Assembly: GCF_046289365.1 (NCBI RefSeq)
Contig: NZ_JBKBVU010000001.1
Span: 1 to 61,781, forward strand
Length of the DNA stretch: 61,781 bases
From: Caldimonas sp.
GTDB taxonomy: Bacteria; Pseudomonadota; Gammaproteobacteria; Burkholderiales; Burkholderiaceae_C
Direction: 5' to 3'
The number at the start of each line of letters is the position of its first letter. Position 1 is the stretch's first letter. Positions 29,951 through 39,477 of this stretch are shown here, piece after piece. Under the pieces are notes generated by a model, which was given only the letters and a program-made list of their open reading frames with translations, made no database searches and had not been told where the DNA came from. The position numbers and the translations under genes were made by a program.

Positions 29951-30622
29951 TCAGCGCGACATGTGCTGCGGCGATGGGGCTTGCAGGGTTGGGTCTGCCG
30001 AGGCTGGCTGCGGCATGAGAAGCAGGCATTCCAGCAAGGCGGCGCGCTGGGCCTTCTGGGCCTCGCCATCCTGACGGATCAGCATCGATTCACCCACTTC
30101 CCAGGCGTACAGCGCAAAACCTCTTGCCCGTGCCTCGGGGATGGAAAAGCCCAGCGCCGAGAAACATTGCGCGATGTAGGCGATGCGGCGCGAATCCACC
30201 TCGTCGAGCGCCTGGCGCGCCGTCTCGTCATGCCGCGCCCATGCACGGATGGCCAGCTCGATGCGAGCGGCACGGCGGGCCGAAGGCCCGCGGAAGGGCA
30301 GGGACATCAGCTCGGTGATCAGTGCACGTGGCTCCACGTGCTTGCGCTCGAAGCGATCGATCAGCTGCTCGGTGGCGGCATCACGCCAGGCCTTGAGCAC
30401 GCTCATCAGGAGATCCTCGCGGTCCTTGAAGTGCCAGTAGAAGCTCCCACGCGTCACGCCTAGGAGCTTCGCCAGCACGTCCACACGCACGTTGTCTACC
30501 CCCTGGTCCACCAGCAGTTCGGTGGCCGCCTCGATCCAGCTTTCGGGTGTGAGGGAGGTTCGTGGCGCTTCGGCCGTACGGCGTCGGGGCCGGGTGGATG
30601 CGGTGGGCAAAGATTCGGTCAT
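29951..30622 (-). CDS. TetR/AcrR-family transcriptional regulator
   Basis: WIEAA...VRVDVLAKLLGVTRGSFYWHF HTH; IELAIRAWA. Confidence 0.9.
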   Translation of the reverse strand: MTESLPTASTRPRRRTAEAPRTSLTPESWIEAATELLVDQGVDNVRVDVLAKLLGVTRGSFYWHFKDREDLLMSVLKAWRDAATEQLIDRFERKHVEPRALITELMSLPFRGPSARRAARIELAIRAWARHDETARQALDEVDSRRIAYIAQCFSALGFSIPEARARGFALYAWEVGESMLIRQDGEAQKAQRAALLECLLLMPQPASADPTLQAPSPQHMSR

Positions 30623-30738
30623 GGCGGGTTGAGGGGATCGATCCCCGCAATTGTCCACTATCTGGCCCATGCACCAACGCATGTGCTTTGGTGAAAGTCC
30701 GGATTTCCTATCTCACATCAAGCCCTAATATCATCTCA

Positions 30739-30752
30739 ATACACATGTGTAT
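30739..30752. promoter_or_regulatory. Candidate TetR operator
   Basis: Perfect 14-bp palindrome ATACACATGTGTAT in the AT-rich spacer between tetR and fcs. Confidence 0.65.
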
Positions 30753-30812
30753 GTGCATGTTGATGATGCGGGCGCCGATGCAGTGCCTGCACGGTTCGAC
30801 CCAGGAGACGAG

Positions 30813-32630
30813 ATGGCCCCCGGTTTCTTTGACGATCCGAGTGTCGTGGCCCCGCCCCGCGTGGTCAGGCGGGACCTGCCCGGCGGCGGCTTCGTGCTGC
30901 GCTCGCCAGAACCCTTGCAACCCCATGCCCGCTGCGTCGGGGAGTGGCTGGAGCACTGGGCTGTGGCCACGCCCGAGGCCTTGGCCCTGGCCGAACGGGG
31001 AGCCGACGGGCAGTGGAGACGCCTGAGCTATGCCCAGGTCCGGCAGGCCGTGGGGGCCATCGGCCAGAGCCTGCTGGACATGGAGTTGCCGGCCGACGCC
31101 CCGGTGGTGGTGCTGTCGGACAATGGCCTGGAGCATGCCCTGCTGATGCTGGCCGCCCTGCACGTCGGCCGGCCGGTGTGCACGGTCTCCAGCGCCTACT
31201 CCCGGCTGGCGAAGGACCACGCCAGGATTGCCAGCATCCTGCGCAGTCTCGGGCCATCCTTGGTCTATGCTTCCAGTGCAGAAGTGTATGGTCAAGCCAT
31301 GCGGGCTGCCGAGGTGGACACCTTGGCGGTGTTCAGTTCGGGGGCACAGGCCCATCCGGGCGCGCTGACCTTCGAGCGGCTACTGCAGGGGCGCGAAACC
31401 GGCGCGGTGCGTCGGGCCTTCGAGGCGATCACGCCCGACACCCATGCGAAGTACCTGCTGACCTCGGGCTCGACCGGCCAGCCCAAGGTGGTGATCAACA
31501 CCCATCGCATGCTGTGCGCCAACCAGCAGATGATCGCGCAGGCCTGGCGCTTCCTGGAACGCGAGAAGCCGGTGGTGCTGGACTGGCTGCCCTGGAGCCA
31601 CACCTTCGGAGGCAACCACAACTTCAACTTGGTGCTGCGCAACGGTGGCACGCTTTACATCGACGAAGGCCGGCCTGTCCCTGGAGGGATCGAGAAGTCC
31701 GTGCGCAACCTGCGCGAGGTCCAGCCCACGCTGTACTTCAACGTGCCGCGCGGCTTCGACATGCTGCTGCCTCACCTGGAGGCCGACGAGGCTCTGGCGC
31801 ACGAGTTCTTCGCCCGCCTGCGCATGGTGTTCTACGCGGGAGCGGCCTTGCCGCAGGCAACCTGGGAACGGTTGGAGAAGGTGGCAGCACGGGTGCGTCG
31901 CGAGCCGGTGTGGTTCACCACCTCCTGGGGGTCGACCGAGACCGCGCCGGCAGTCACCACTGCCCACTGGAAGCTCGACCGCGCCGGCGTCATCGGACTG
32001 CCGCTGCCGGGGGCGGAGCTCAAGTTCGTGCCCAACGGCGAGAAGCTCGAGATGCGCGTGCGCGGCGCGTCGGTCTTCCCAGGCTACCGTAATGCGCCCG
32101 AGCTCACCGCACAGGCCTTCGACGAGGAAGGCTACTACCGAATCGGCGATGCCGGTTTCCTGCTCGACCCGCAGCATCCCGAGCGTGGCGTGGTCTTCAA
32201 CGGCCGCGTGGCCGAGGACTTCAAGCTCACCACAGGCACCTGGGTGTCGGTGGGCACGCTGCGAGTGAGACTCCTGTCGGCGCTGGCCCCCTATGCGCAG
32301 GATGCGGTGATCACGGGGCACGACCGCGACGAGGTCGGAGCGCTCCTCTTTCCGAGCCCGGCGGCCAGGGATGTGCCGGCCGGGCAGCTCGCTCTGCGTG
32401 TGCAAGAGGCGTTGGCGTCGCTGCGTGCTCAGGGGGGTGGATCGTCCCAGACGCCAGTGCGTGCGATGTGGCTGGACGAGCCACCCGACCCCGATGCGGG
32501 CGAAATCACCGACAAGGGGTACGTCAACCAGCGAGCGGTCCTGCATAGGCGCTCGGCACAGGTGCAGGCCCTCTACGCCTCGCCCTGCGACCCCCGAGTC
32601 ATCCTGGCTCCTGCAAAGAACGACTCATGA
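30813..32630 (+). CDS. fcs: Feruloyl-CoA synthase-family acyl-CoA ligase
   Basis: AGGAG RBS; TSGSTGQPK, WLPWSHTFGGN, GSTETAP, GRVAEDFKL and GEITDKGYVNQR are typical of Fcs. Confidence 0.85.
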   Translation: MAPGFFDDPSVVAPPRVVRRDLPGGGFVLRSPEPLQPHARCVGEWLEHWAVATPEALALAERGADGQWRRLSYAQVRQAVGAIGQSLLDMELPADAPVVVLSDNGLEHALLMLAALHVGRPVCTVSSAYSRLAKDHARIASILRSLGPSLVYASSAEVYGQAMRAAEVDTLAVFSSGAQAHPGALTFERLLQGRETGAVRRAFEAITPDTHAKYLLTSGSTGQPKVVINTHRMLCANQQMIAQAWRFLEREKPVVLDWLPWSHTFGGNHNFNLVLRNGGTLYIDEGRPVPGGIEKSVRNLREVQPTLYFNVPRGFDMLLPHLEADEALAHEFFARLRMVFYAGAALPQATWERLEKVAARVRREPVWFTTSWGSTETAPAVTTAHWKLDRAGVIGLPLPGAELKFVPNGEKLEMRVRGASVFPGYRNAPELTAQAFDEEGYYRIGDAGFLLDPQHPERGVVFNGRVAEDFKLTTGTWVSVGTLRVRLLSALAPYAQDAVITGHDRDEVGALLFPSPAARDVPAGQLALRVQEALASLRAQGGGSSQTPVRAMWLDEPPDPDAGEITDKGYVNQRAVLHRRSAQVQALYASPCDPRVILAPAKNDS

Positions 32631-33436
32631 ACCTGCAATTTCATTCTGCCGGGGGCTTGCTGGCGGACCTCTCCCTGCTGCACATCGAACGGGCTGGGCC
32701 AGTGGTGCATCTGCGCCTGATGCGGCCGGCCAAGCGCAATGCCCTCAACGACGAGCTGATCGCGCAACTGCACACTGCCTTCCTGCACCTGCCGGATTCG
32801 ACCCGTGTGGCGGTGATCAGTGGCGACGGCGAGCATTTCTGCGCGGGGCTGGACCTGTCGGATCTGAGCGAGCGCAGCGTGGCCGAAGGCATCGCGCACT
32901 CCCGCCGCTGGCATGCAGTCTTCGACCAGATCCAGTTTGGCCGCGTGCCGGTGATCGCAGTGCTGCACGGGGCGGTGGTGGGTGGTGGATTGGAACTGGC
33001 CAGCGCGGCCCATCTGCGCGTGGCCGAGTGCAGTACCTTCTATGCATTGCCCGAGGGGCAACGCGGCATCTTCGTGGGTGGCGGCGGATCGGCGCGCATC
33101 CCGCGCCTGATGGGTGTGGCCCGCATGACGGACCTGATGCTCACAGGCCGGGTGCTCGATGCCGAGGAAGCCCAGGCGGCCGGCCTGTCGCACTACCTGG
33201 TGGGCGAGGGTGAGGGGTTGGCGCGGGCTTTTGCACTGGCCGAGAAGGTGGCTTCCAATGCCCCATTGTCGAACTATGCCGTGATGCAGGCGCTGCCTCG
33301 CATCGCCGAGCTGCCGCAGGCCGAAGGCCTGTTCGTCGAGGCCCTGATGTCGGCCATCGCTCAAGGCGACGAGGCGGCCAAGGAGCGTGTGCGCGCCTTC
33401 CTGGACAAGCGCGCCGCAAAGGTGTCGAAGTTATGA
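32627..33436 (+). CDS. Crotonase/enoyl-CoA hydratase
   Basis: RPAKRNALN, FCAGLDL, GGGLELA, LPEGQRGIFVGGG; ATGA overlap with fcs. Confidence 0.9.
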   Translation: MNLQFHSAGGLLADLSLLHIERAGPVVHLRLMRPAKRNALNDELIAQLHTAFLHLPDSTRVAVISGDGEHFCAGLDLSDLSERSVAEGIAHSRRWHAVFDQIQFGRVPVIAVLHGAVVGGGLELASAAHLRVAECSTFYALPEGQRGIFVGGGGSARIPRLMGVARMTDLMLTGRVLDAEEAQAAGLSHYLVGEGEGLARAFALAEKVASNAPLSNYAVMQALPRIAELPQAEGLFVEALMSAIAQGDEAAKERVRAFLDKRAAKVSKL

Positions 33437-34671
33437 GCCGCGGCCTGTATCAATGCTTCGACGATGTCTGGCTGCTCGACGGACTGCGCACGCCGCTGGT
33501 GGACTATTGCGGCGCCTTCGCCGGCGTCTCGCCCACCGACCTGGGCATCAAGGTGGCGCGCGAGGTGCTGGCACGCACCGGCGTGGCGGGCGACGCGGTG
33601 GACAGCGTGTTGGTGGGCAACGTTGCTCCGGGCGATGCCGATCACTTCTTCCTGCCACGTCACGTCGGGCTGTATGCAGGAGTGCCGATCGAGGTGCCGG
33701 CCCTGCTGGTGCAGCGCATCTGCGGCACGGGCTTCGAGCTCTTCCGCCAAGCCGCCGAGCAGATCAGTGCCGGGGTGGCCTCGACCGTGCTGGTGGTGGG
33801 CACCGAGTCGATGACGCGCCATCCCATCTCGGCCTTCGAGCACCGCCAGGGCTTCCGCCTGGGCGCTCCGCTGGGCTTCAAGGACACGCTGTGGGAGTCG
33901 CTCAACGACACGGCCGTGGGGGCCTCGATGATCCAGACGGCCGAGAACCTCGCTCGACGCTACGGCATCACGCGTGAGGAGGTCGACGCCTTCGCCTCCC
34001 GTTCCTTCGGGCGTGCCGTCGCCGCTCAGGAAAGCGGCTGGCTCGCCGGAGAGATCGTGAGCGTCACGCACGAACGCTTTGAACGGGAGGGTTGCCTACC
34101 TCGCGGCATCCGGCTGCAGGGGGAGGCGGCGGTGATCGATCGCGACACGCATCCGCGCCGCTCGCCGCCTCAGGTGCTGGCCCGGTTACGTACGATCTAT
34201 CCCGGTGGCGTTCAAACCGCCGGGAACAGCTCGGCGCTGACCGATGCCGCCGCCGCTGCTGTAGTGACGTCGGGTCCGGCGCTGCAAGGGCGTCGACCGC
34301 TGGGCCGCATCGCAGCTGCCGCTGTGGTGGGCGTGCCGCCCGAGATCATGGGCATCGGCCCGGCCCCGGCCATCCGCCTGCTGCTCGAATGCCGGGGCTT
34401 GCATGTGCATGACATCGCACGCGTCGAGGTCAACGAGGCCCAGGCAGCGCAGGCCCTGGCCGTGCAGCGCGAACTCGACCTCGACCTCGAGCGGCTCAAT
34501 GTGCACGGCGGTGCCATTGCGTTGGGACATCCGCTGGCTGCCACTGGGGTGCGGCTGGCCGTGACGGTGGCGCGCCAGCTTCGGGCCATCGGTGCACGCC
34601 ACGGGATCGCCTCGGCCTGCGTGGGCGGAGGGCAGGGCATGGCCCTGCTGATCGAGAACCCAGACGCTTGA
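33433..34671 (+). CDS. Thiolase (acetyl-CoA C-acyltransferase)
   Basis: QRICGTG, TAGNSS, GGAIALGHP, SACVGGGQG; ATGA overlap with the crotonase gene. Confidence 0.9.
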   Translation: MSRGLYQCFDDVWLLDGLRTPLVDYCGAFAGVSPTDLGIKVAREVLARTGVAGDAVDSVLVGNVAPGDADHFFLPRHVGLYAGVPIEVPALLVQRICGTGFELFRQAAEQISAGVASTVLVVGTESMTRHPISAFEHRQGFRLGAPLGFKDTLWESLNDTAVGASMIQTAENLARRYGITREEVDAFASRSFGRAVAAQESGWLAGEIVSVTHERFEREGCLPRGIRLQGEAAVIDRDTHPRRSPPQVLARLRTIYPGGVQTAGNSSALTDAAAAAVVTSGPALQGRRPLGRIAAAAVVGVPPEIMGIGPAPAIRLLLECRGLHVHDIARVEVNEAQAAQALAVQRELDLDLERLNVHGGAIALGHPLAATGVRLAVTVARQLRAIGARHGIASACVGGGQGMALLIENPDA

Positions 34672-34704
34672 TATTCATCACCCACCCAAAAGAGGAGACA
34701 GACC

Positions 34705-35691
34705 ATGATCACACGACGTCAGTTTGTACAGGCTTCGATGGGCGCCGCCGCGCTGGGGCTGCTCGGGCAGACCCAGGCCCAGCCCGTGGAGCAGCCTAAG
34801 TTCCTCTACGGCTTCCCGCCGGGCAGCTCGGGCGATATCGTGGCGCGCCGCATCGCCGAGCGCATCGCCGGGACGCCGTATGCAAGGAATCAAGCCATCG
34901 TCGAGAACAAGGCCGGCGCTGGCGGGCGCATCGCGCTGGAGGCGCTCAGGCAGGCCACACCGGACGGCGCCACCCTGTGCCTGTCGCCTTTCTCGGCCAC
35001 TTCGGTGTACCCGCACATCTACACCCGGCTCGGCTATGACCCGGTGAATGACTTCTTGCCGGTGTCGATCGCAGCACTGATGTTCCATGGCCTGGCGGTG
35101 GGCCCGCTGGTGCCGGCCAGCGTCAAGAGCGTGAAGGACTATCTGGCCTGGGCCAAGGCCCATCCCAAGGATGCGAACTACGGCTCGCCGGCCGCCGGCT
35201 CCACTCCGCATTTCATCGGTGCACTGCTGGGGCTGAACAACGGGGTGGATCTCAAGCATGTGCCCTACCGAGGCTCGGTGCCTGGGGTCACCGACGTGGT
35301 GGGCGGGCAGATCGCTTCGATGGTGACGCCCAGCGGCGATTTCATCGCGCATCATCGAGCCGGCAAGCTGCGCGTGCTGGCCACCTCGGGCAGCCGCCGC
35401 TCGCCCTTCCTGCCCGACGTGCCCACCTTCGCCGAGCAAGGCTTCCCCGAACTGACGGTGGAAGAATGGTTTGGCTTCTACGCTCCGGCGCGCACCCCGG
35501 CGGCCGTGGTGGCGGCCGCGAATGCGGCCATCAATCAGGCCCTGAAGGACCAGTCCGTCATCGATGCCCTGGGCATCGTGGGCCTGATCGCCCAGGGGTC
35601 CACGCCGCAGGAGATGGCCGCCAGTCAGAAGCAGGAGTTCGAACGCTGGGGTCCGCTGGTGAAGAAGATCGGCTTCACGGCCGAATCCTGA
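34705..35691 (+). CDS. Bug/TctC tripartite tricarboxylate transporter binding protein, Tat signal
   Basis: TRRQF, GFPPG, VENKAGAGG, HVPYRG, PDVPTFAEQG. Confidence 0.9.
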   Translation: MITRRQFVQASMGAAALGLLGQTQAQPVEQPKFLYGFPPGSSGDIVARRIAERIAGTPYARNQAIVENKAGAGGRIALEALRQATPDGATLCLSPFSATSVYPHIYTRLGYDPVNDFLPVSIAALMFHGLAVGPLVPASVKSVKDYLAWAKAHPKDANYGSPAAGSTPHFIGALLGLNNGVDLKHVPYRGSVPGVTDVVGGQIASMVTPSGDFIAHHRAGKLRVLATSGSRRSPFLPDVPTFAEQGFPELTVEEWFGFYAPARTPAAVVAAANAAINQALKDQSVIDALGIVGLIAQGSTPQEMAASQKQEFERWGPLVKKIGFTAES

Positions 35692-35720
35692 GATCCGCGG
35701 CAGCCGAGGAGAGGAGCATT

Positions 35721-36851
35721 GTGCAGCGACGCGTCTTTCTGGCTGGGGCGGCAGCATGGAGCGCCATGCCCGCCGTACTGAGGGCGGCCGAGCCCGGTGT
35801 GAGTGATGGCGAGATCGTGCTGGGCCAAAGCGGCATCCACAGCGGCCCTCTCGGCGTGCCCGTCAAGGCCTTCCTGGGCGGGGCGCAGATGGCCTTCGAC
35901 GAGATCAATGCCGGCGGGGGCGTGGCCGGCCGTCGCTTGAAGCTGGTGACGCTCGACGATGAGCTCAAGCCGGATCTCGCCGTTGCGAACTGCCGCCGCC
36001 TGCTCGACGAGCACAAGGTCTTCGCCTTCTTCGGCAATGTGGGGTCGGGCACCACCGCAGCCGTGGCGCCTCTGCTCAAGGACAGTGGCGCACCCCTGGT
36101 CGGGGCCTATGCCGTGGCTGACTCGGCGCGTGAGAAGGCGGCCGGCTCGGCCTTCTTCGTGCGAGCCACCACCGGGCGCGAGGCGCAGGTGCTGGTGCAA
36201 CACCTGACCACGATCGGCATCCGCCGCATCGGTGCGGCCTATCTGGATGTGGCCGGAGGGCATGAGGCCTATGGACACATCCAGGCCGCGCTGAAAGTCC
36301 ACGGTCTGGAGCCGCATGTAAGCGCTCCGGTCAAGGGCGACGGCAGCAACGTGGCCGAGGCGGCGCGCATCCTGGCTGAGCGCCAGCCTCAGGCGGTGAT
36401 CATGTACCTGGCCGGCGCCCTACCGGGTGAGCTGATGAAGGCCACCTGGGCCCAAAGCAGCGGCACGTCCTTCTATGGCATGTCCATCGTGGCCGGCGAG
36501 GTCACGGCCAAGGTGCTCGGTCGCCGCAGCCGGGGCCTGGCGATTTCCCAGGTGATGCCCTATCCCTGGGGTGAAGTGGAGCCCGCCCTACGCGAGTATC
36601 GCCAGGCGGCCGACAAGGCGAAGGTGGCCGTGGGCTACAACAGCCTGGAGGGCTTCCTCAACGCGCGGGTGCTGATCGAAGCCCTGCGCCGTACCGGGCG
36701 CGACCTCACGCGCTCCCGCCTGCATGCCACGCTGCGCGGGTTGCGCATGCGCATAGCGGGCATGGACGTGGATTTCACGGGCAGCCAGTCCACCGGCTCG
36801 CGCTTCGTGGAACTGGTGCAGGTGACACACGAAGGGCGCTTCGTGCGCTGA
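35721..36851 (+). CDS. LivJ-like ABC substrate-binding protein, Tat signal
   Basis: GAGGAG RBS with GTG start; QRRVFL, GQSG..SGP, INAGGGVAGR, SQVMPYP. Confidence 0.82.
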   Translation: MQRRVFLAGAAAWSAMPAVLRAAEPGVSDGEIVLGQSGIHSGPLGVPVKAFLGGAQMAFDEINAGGGVAGRRLKLVTLDDELKPDLAVANCRRLLDEHKVFAFFGNVGSGTTAAVAPLLKDSGAPLVGAYAVADSAREKAAGSAFFVRATTGREAQVLVQHLTTIGIRRIGAAYLDVAGGHEAYGHIQAALKVHGLEPHVSAPVKGDGSNVAEAARILAERQPQAVIMYLAGALPGELMKATWAQSSGTSFYGMSIVAGEVTAKVLGRRSRGLAISQVMPYPWGEVEPALREYRQAADKAKVAVGYNSLEGFLNARVLIEALRRTGRDLTRSRLHATLRGLRMRIAGMDVDFTGSQSTGSRFVELVQVTHEGRFVR

Positions 36852-36863
36852 ACCACAGGGGGC

Positions 36864-37574
36864 TCAGACCCCCAGGTAGCGCCCCAGTTCGGCCGGGCGC
36901 TGCTGCAGATCTTCGCTGGCGCCGGCGAGCACCACCCGGCCTTTTTCCAGCACCACCAGGCGATCGGAGTGGGCCATCACGGTGCGATAGTTGCGGTCCA
37001 CCACCAGGGTGGCCAGCCCGCAGGCGCGGATTTCGCCGATCACGCGCCAGATTTCGGTGACGATCAGCGGGGCCAGGCCTTCGGTGGCCTCGTCGAGGAT
37101 GATGGCGTCGGGGTTGGTCATCAGTGCGCGGCCGATGGACAGCATTTGCTGCTCCCCGCCGGAGAGCTGGGAGCCCAGATGATCCAGGCGCTCGGCCAGC
37201 CGCGGGAAGGTGCTCAAGATGCGCTCGAGGCTCCAGTCGCGCTGGCCCTGCAGGCCGGCTCTTGCGGCCATCACCAGGTTTTCTTTCACCGTGAGATTGG
37301 GAAAGATGCCGCGTCCTTCGGGCACATAGGCGATCCCCAGCCGGGCCACCTCATGAGGCTGGCCGCGCGAGAGGTCGCGCCCGCGCACGACGATGCGCCC
37401 CTCGCGCTGGCGCACGTGGCCCAGCAGGCTGCGGATCAGGGTGGACTTGCCCATGCCGTTGCGGCCGAGCAGGCCCACGGTTTCGCCGCGCGCCAGGGTG
37501 AAATCGACACCGCGCAGCACGTGGCTGCTGCCGTACCAGGCATGCAGGCCGGTGGCTTCGATCAGGGTTTCCAT
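36864..37574 (-). CDS. ABC ATP-binding protein (LivF-like), benzoate transporter
   Basis: GRNGMGKS, LSGGEQQM, LDEATEGL. Confidence 0.9.
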   Translation of the reverse strand: METLIEATGLHAWYGSSHVLRGVDFTLARGETVGLLGRNGMGKSTLIRSLLGHVRQREGRIVVRGRDLSRGQPHEVARLGIAYVPEGRGIFPNLTVKENLVMAARAGLQGQRDWSLERILSTFPRLAERLDHLGSQLSGGEQQMLSIGRALMTNPDAIILDEATEGLAPLIVTEIWRVIGEIRACGLATLVVDRNYRTVMAHSDRLVVLEKGRVVLAGASEDLQQRPAELGRYLGV

Positions 37575-37583
37575 GCCCGCTCC

Positions 37584-38351
37584 TCAATGCTCGCCAAGGT
37601 AGGCGGCCTGCACCTCGGGGTTGGCGCGCACCTCGTCGGGTGAGCCCGAGGCCAGCACACTGCCATTGACCATCACGGTGATGCGATCGGCCACGGCGAA
37701 CACCGCATCCATGTCATGCTCCACCAGCAAGATGGCGTGGCCCCGGCGCAGCTCGCGCAGCAGGGCGAGCATGCGCTCGGATTCCTCCGGGCCCATCCCC
37801 GCCAACGGCTCGTCGAGCAGCAGCACACGTGGCTGTGTGGCCAGGCACATGGCCACCTCGAGCTGGCGCTTCTGGCCGTGCGAGAGGCTGGCGGCCGGGC
37901 GGTCGGCCACCGCGCTCAGGCCGGCGCGTTCCATCGCCTCGTCGGCACGCCGGGTGCTCCACGGGCAGCGTTGCGCGGCCTCCCAGAAGCGCCAGGGCCT
38001 CTGGGCGTGGCTCTGAGCCGACAGGCGGCAGTTCTCGCGCACACTCAGCGGCAGGAAGGTGTTGTTGCGCTGATAGCTGCGGCCCAGGCCGGCCTGAGCC
38101 CGGCGCGGCTGCGACCAGCCGGTGATGTCCTGGCCGTCGAGCACCACCTCGCCTGAGCTGGCCGGCAGCTCGCCCGAAAGCAGATTGATCAATGTGGACT
38201 TGCCCGCGCCGTTGGTGCCGATCACGGCGTGGATCTGATCGGCCTGCAGGTCCAGGCTGACATCGGCCACCGCGGCGAGGGCGCCGAAGCGACGGGTGAG
38301 AGCGCGCGCGCTGAGCCAGGCGCTGGCGCCGCTAGGGATCGAGGAGGTCAT
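37584..38351 (-). CDS. ABC ATP-binding protein (LivG-like)
   Basis: GTNGAGKS, LSHGQKR, LLDEPLAG, VQAAYLG. Confidence 0.9.
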   Translation of the reverse strand: MTSSIPSGASAWLSARALTRRFGALAAVADVSLDLQADQIHAVIGTNGAGKSTLINLLSGELPASSGEVVLDGQDITGWSQPRRAQAGLGRSYQRNNTFLPLSVRENCRLSAQSHAQRPWRFWEAAQRCPWSTRRADEAMERAGLSAVADRPAASLSHGQKRQLEVAMCLATQPRVLLLDEPLAGMGPEESERMLALLRELRRGHAILLVEHDMDAVFAVADRITVMVNGSVLASGSPDEVRANPEVQAAYLGEH

Positions 38352-38368
38352 GGGTTGCTCCGGCGGGG

Positions 38369-39451
38369 TCAACGGTGAGATGAGGCCGCGCCGGGGCGGG
38401 GCACGGGCAGTGCTTCGTCGGCCTCGGGGTCGGTGTGCTGCGGTGCGGCTGCCGGTTTTCCGCCGGGGCTTTGGGCTTGGCTCCGGGCGCGTGGCATCCC
38501 ACGTTGGCGCAGGCGGGTGAAGCCGCCTGCGATGCCCTGGGGCAGCAGCACGACCAGGCCGATGATGAAGCCGCCCATCAGCAACTGCCAGTGCTTGGTC
38601 AGGTCCTGGAACCACTCGGCCAGCAGGACGAAGGAGGCCGCGCCCACCACCGCGCCGGCCAGGCTGCCCAGGCCGCCGAGGATGACCATCAGCAAGGCAT
38701 CGCCGGACTTGTGCCACGACAACAACTCAGGGTTCACGTAGCCGTGCTGGGTGGCGTAGAGGAAGCCCGCCAGCCCTGCGAAAGCCCCGCCGATCACGAA
38801 GCTGGCGAGTTTGTAGGCCACTGTCGCATAACCGGCTGCACGCATGCGCTGCTCGTTGTGCTTGATGCCCACGAAGGTGTGCCCCAGGCGCGAGCGCAGC
38901 ACCAGGGCGAGCGCCCCCACCGTGAAGGCCAGCAGGGCCAGCGTGAACCAGTAGAACTGGGCCGGCTGCTCCAGGTCGACGAAGCGCCAGCCCAGCAAGG
39001 TGAACTCGGGTTTGAAGTAGATGTAGGTGCCGTCGCTACCGCCGAAATAGCGGGTGTCGTGCACGACGAAGTAGACGAGCTGGGCGAAAGCCAGCGTCAC
39101 CATGATGAAGTAGATGCCCTTGGTGCGCATCACCAGCGCGCCGATCGCCAGGGCCAGCAGCATCGAGGCACCGACGGCCGCACCGAGCAGCAGCCAGCCG
39201 TTGCCCACGTCGGACTGCGGTGCAAGCAGCGCCACCATGTAGGCGGCAAAGCCGAAGAAGGCGGCATGCCCCAGGCTCACCAAGCCGGTGTAGCCCACCA
39301 GCAGTTGCAGGCTGAGTGCGAAGATGGCCATGATGGCCACCTTGGCACCCAGTTCGATGTGGAAGGGCGTGCCGATGGGCTCAGGCAGCAGCGGCAGCAG
39401 GGCCAGCACCACGAAGGCCGCAACCCAGGACCACACAACGGAGTACTTCAT
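38369..39451 (-). CDS. ABC permease (LivM-like)
   Basis: GYTGLVSLGHAAFFG, YFIMVTLAFAQ, MVILGGLGS. Confidence 0.9.
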   Translation of the reverse strand: MKYSVVWSWVAAFVVLALLPLLPEPIGTPFHIELGAKVAIMAIFALSLQLLVGYTGLVSLGHAAFFGFAAYMVALLAPQSDVGNGWLLLGAAVGASMLLALAIGALVMRTKGIYFIMVTLAFAQLVYFVVHDTRYFGGSDGTYIYFKPEFTLLGWRFVDLEQPAQFYWFTLALLAFTVGALALVLRSRLGHTFVGIKHNEQRMRAAGYATVAYKLASFVIGGAFAGLAGFLYATQHGYVNPELLSWHKSGDALLMVILGGLGSLAGAVVGAASFVLLAEWFQDLTKHWQLLMGGFIIGLVVLLPQGIAGGFTRLRQRGMPRARSQAQSPGGKPAAAPQHTDPEADEALPVPRPGAASSHR

Positions 39452-39477
39452 CTGCAGATCCTCGGGGTTCGGTGGTA

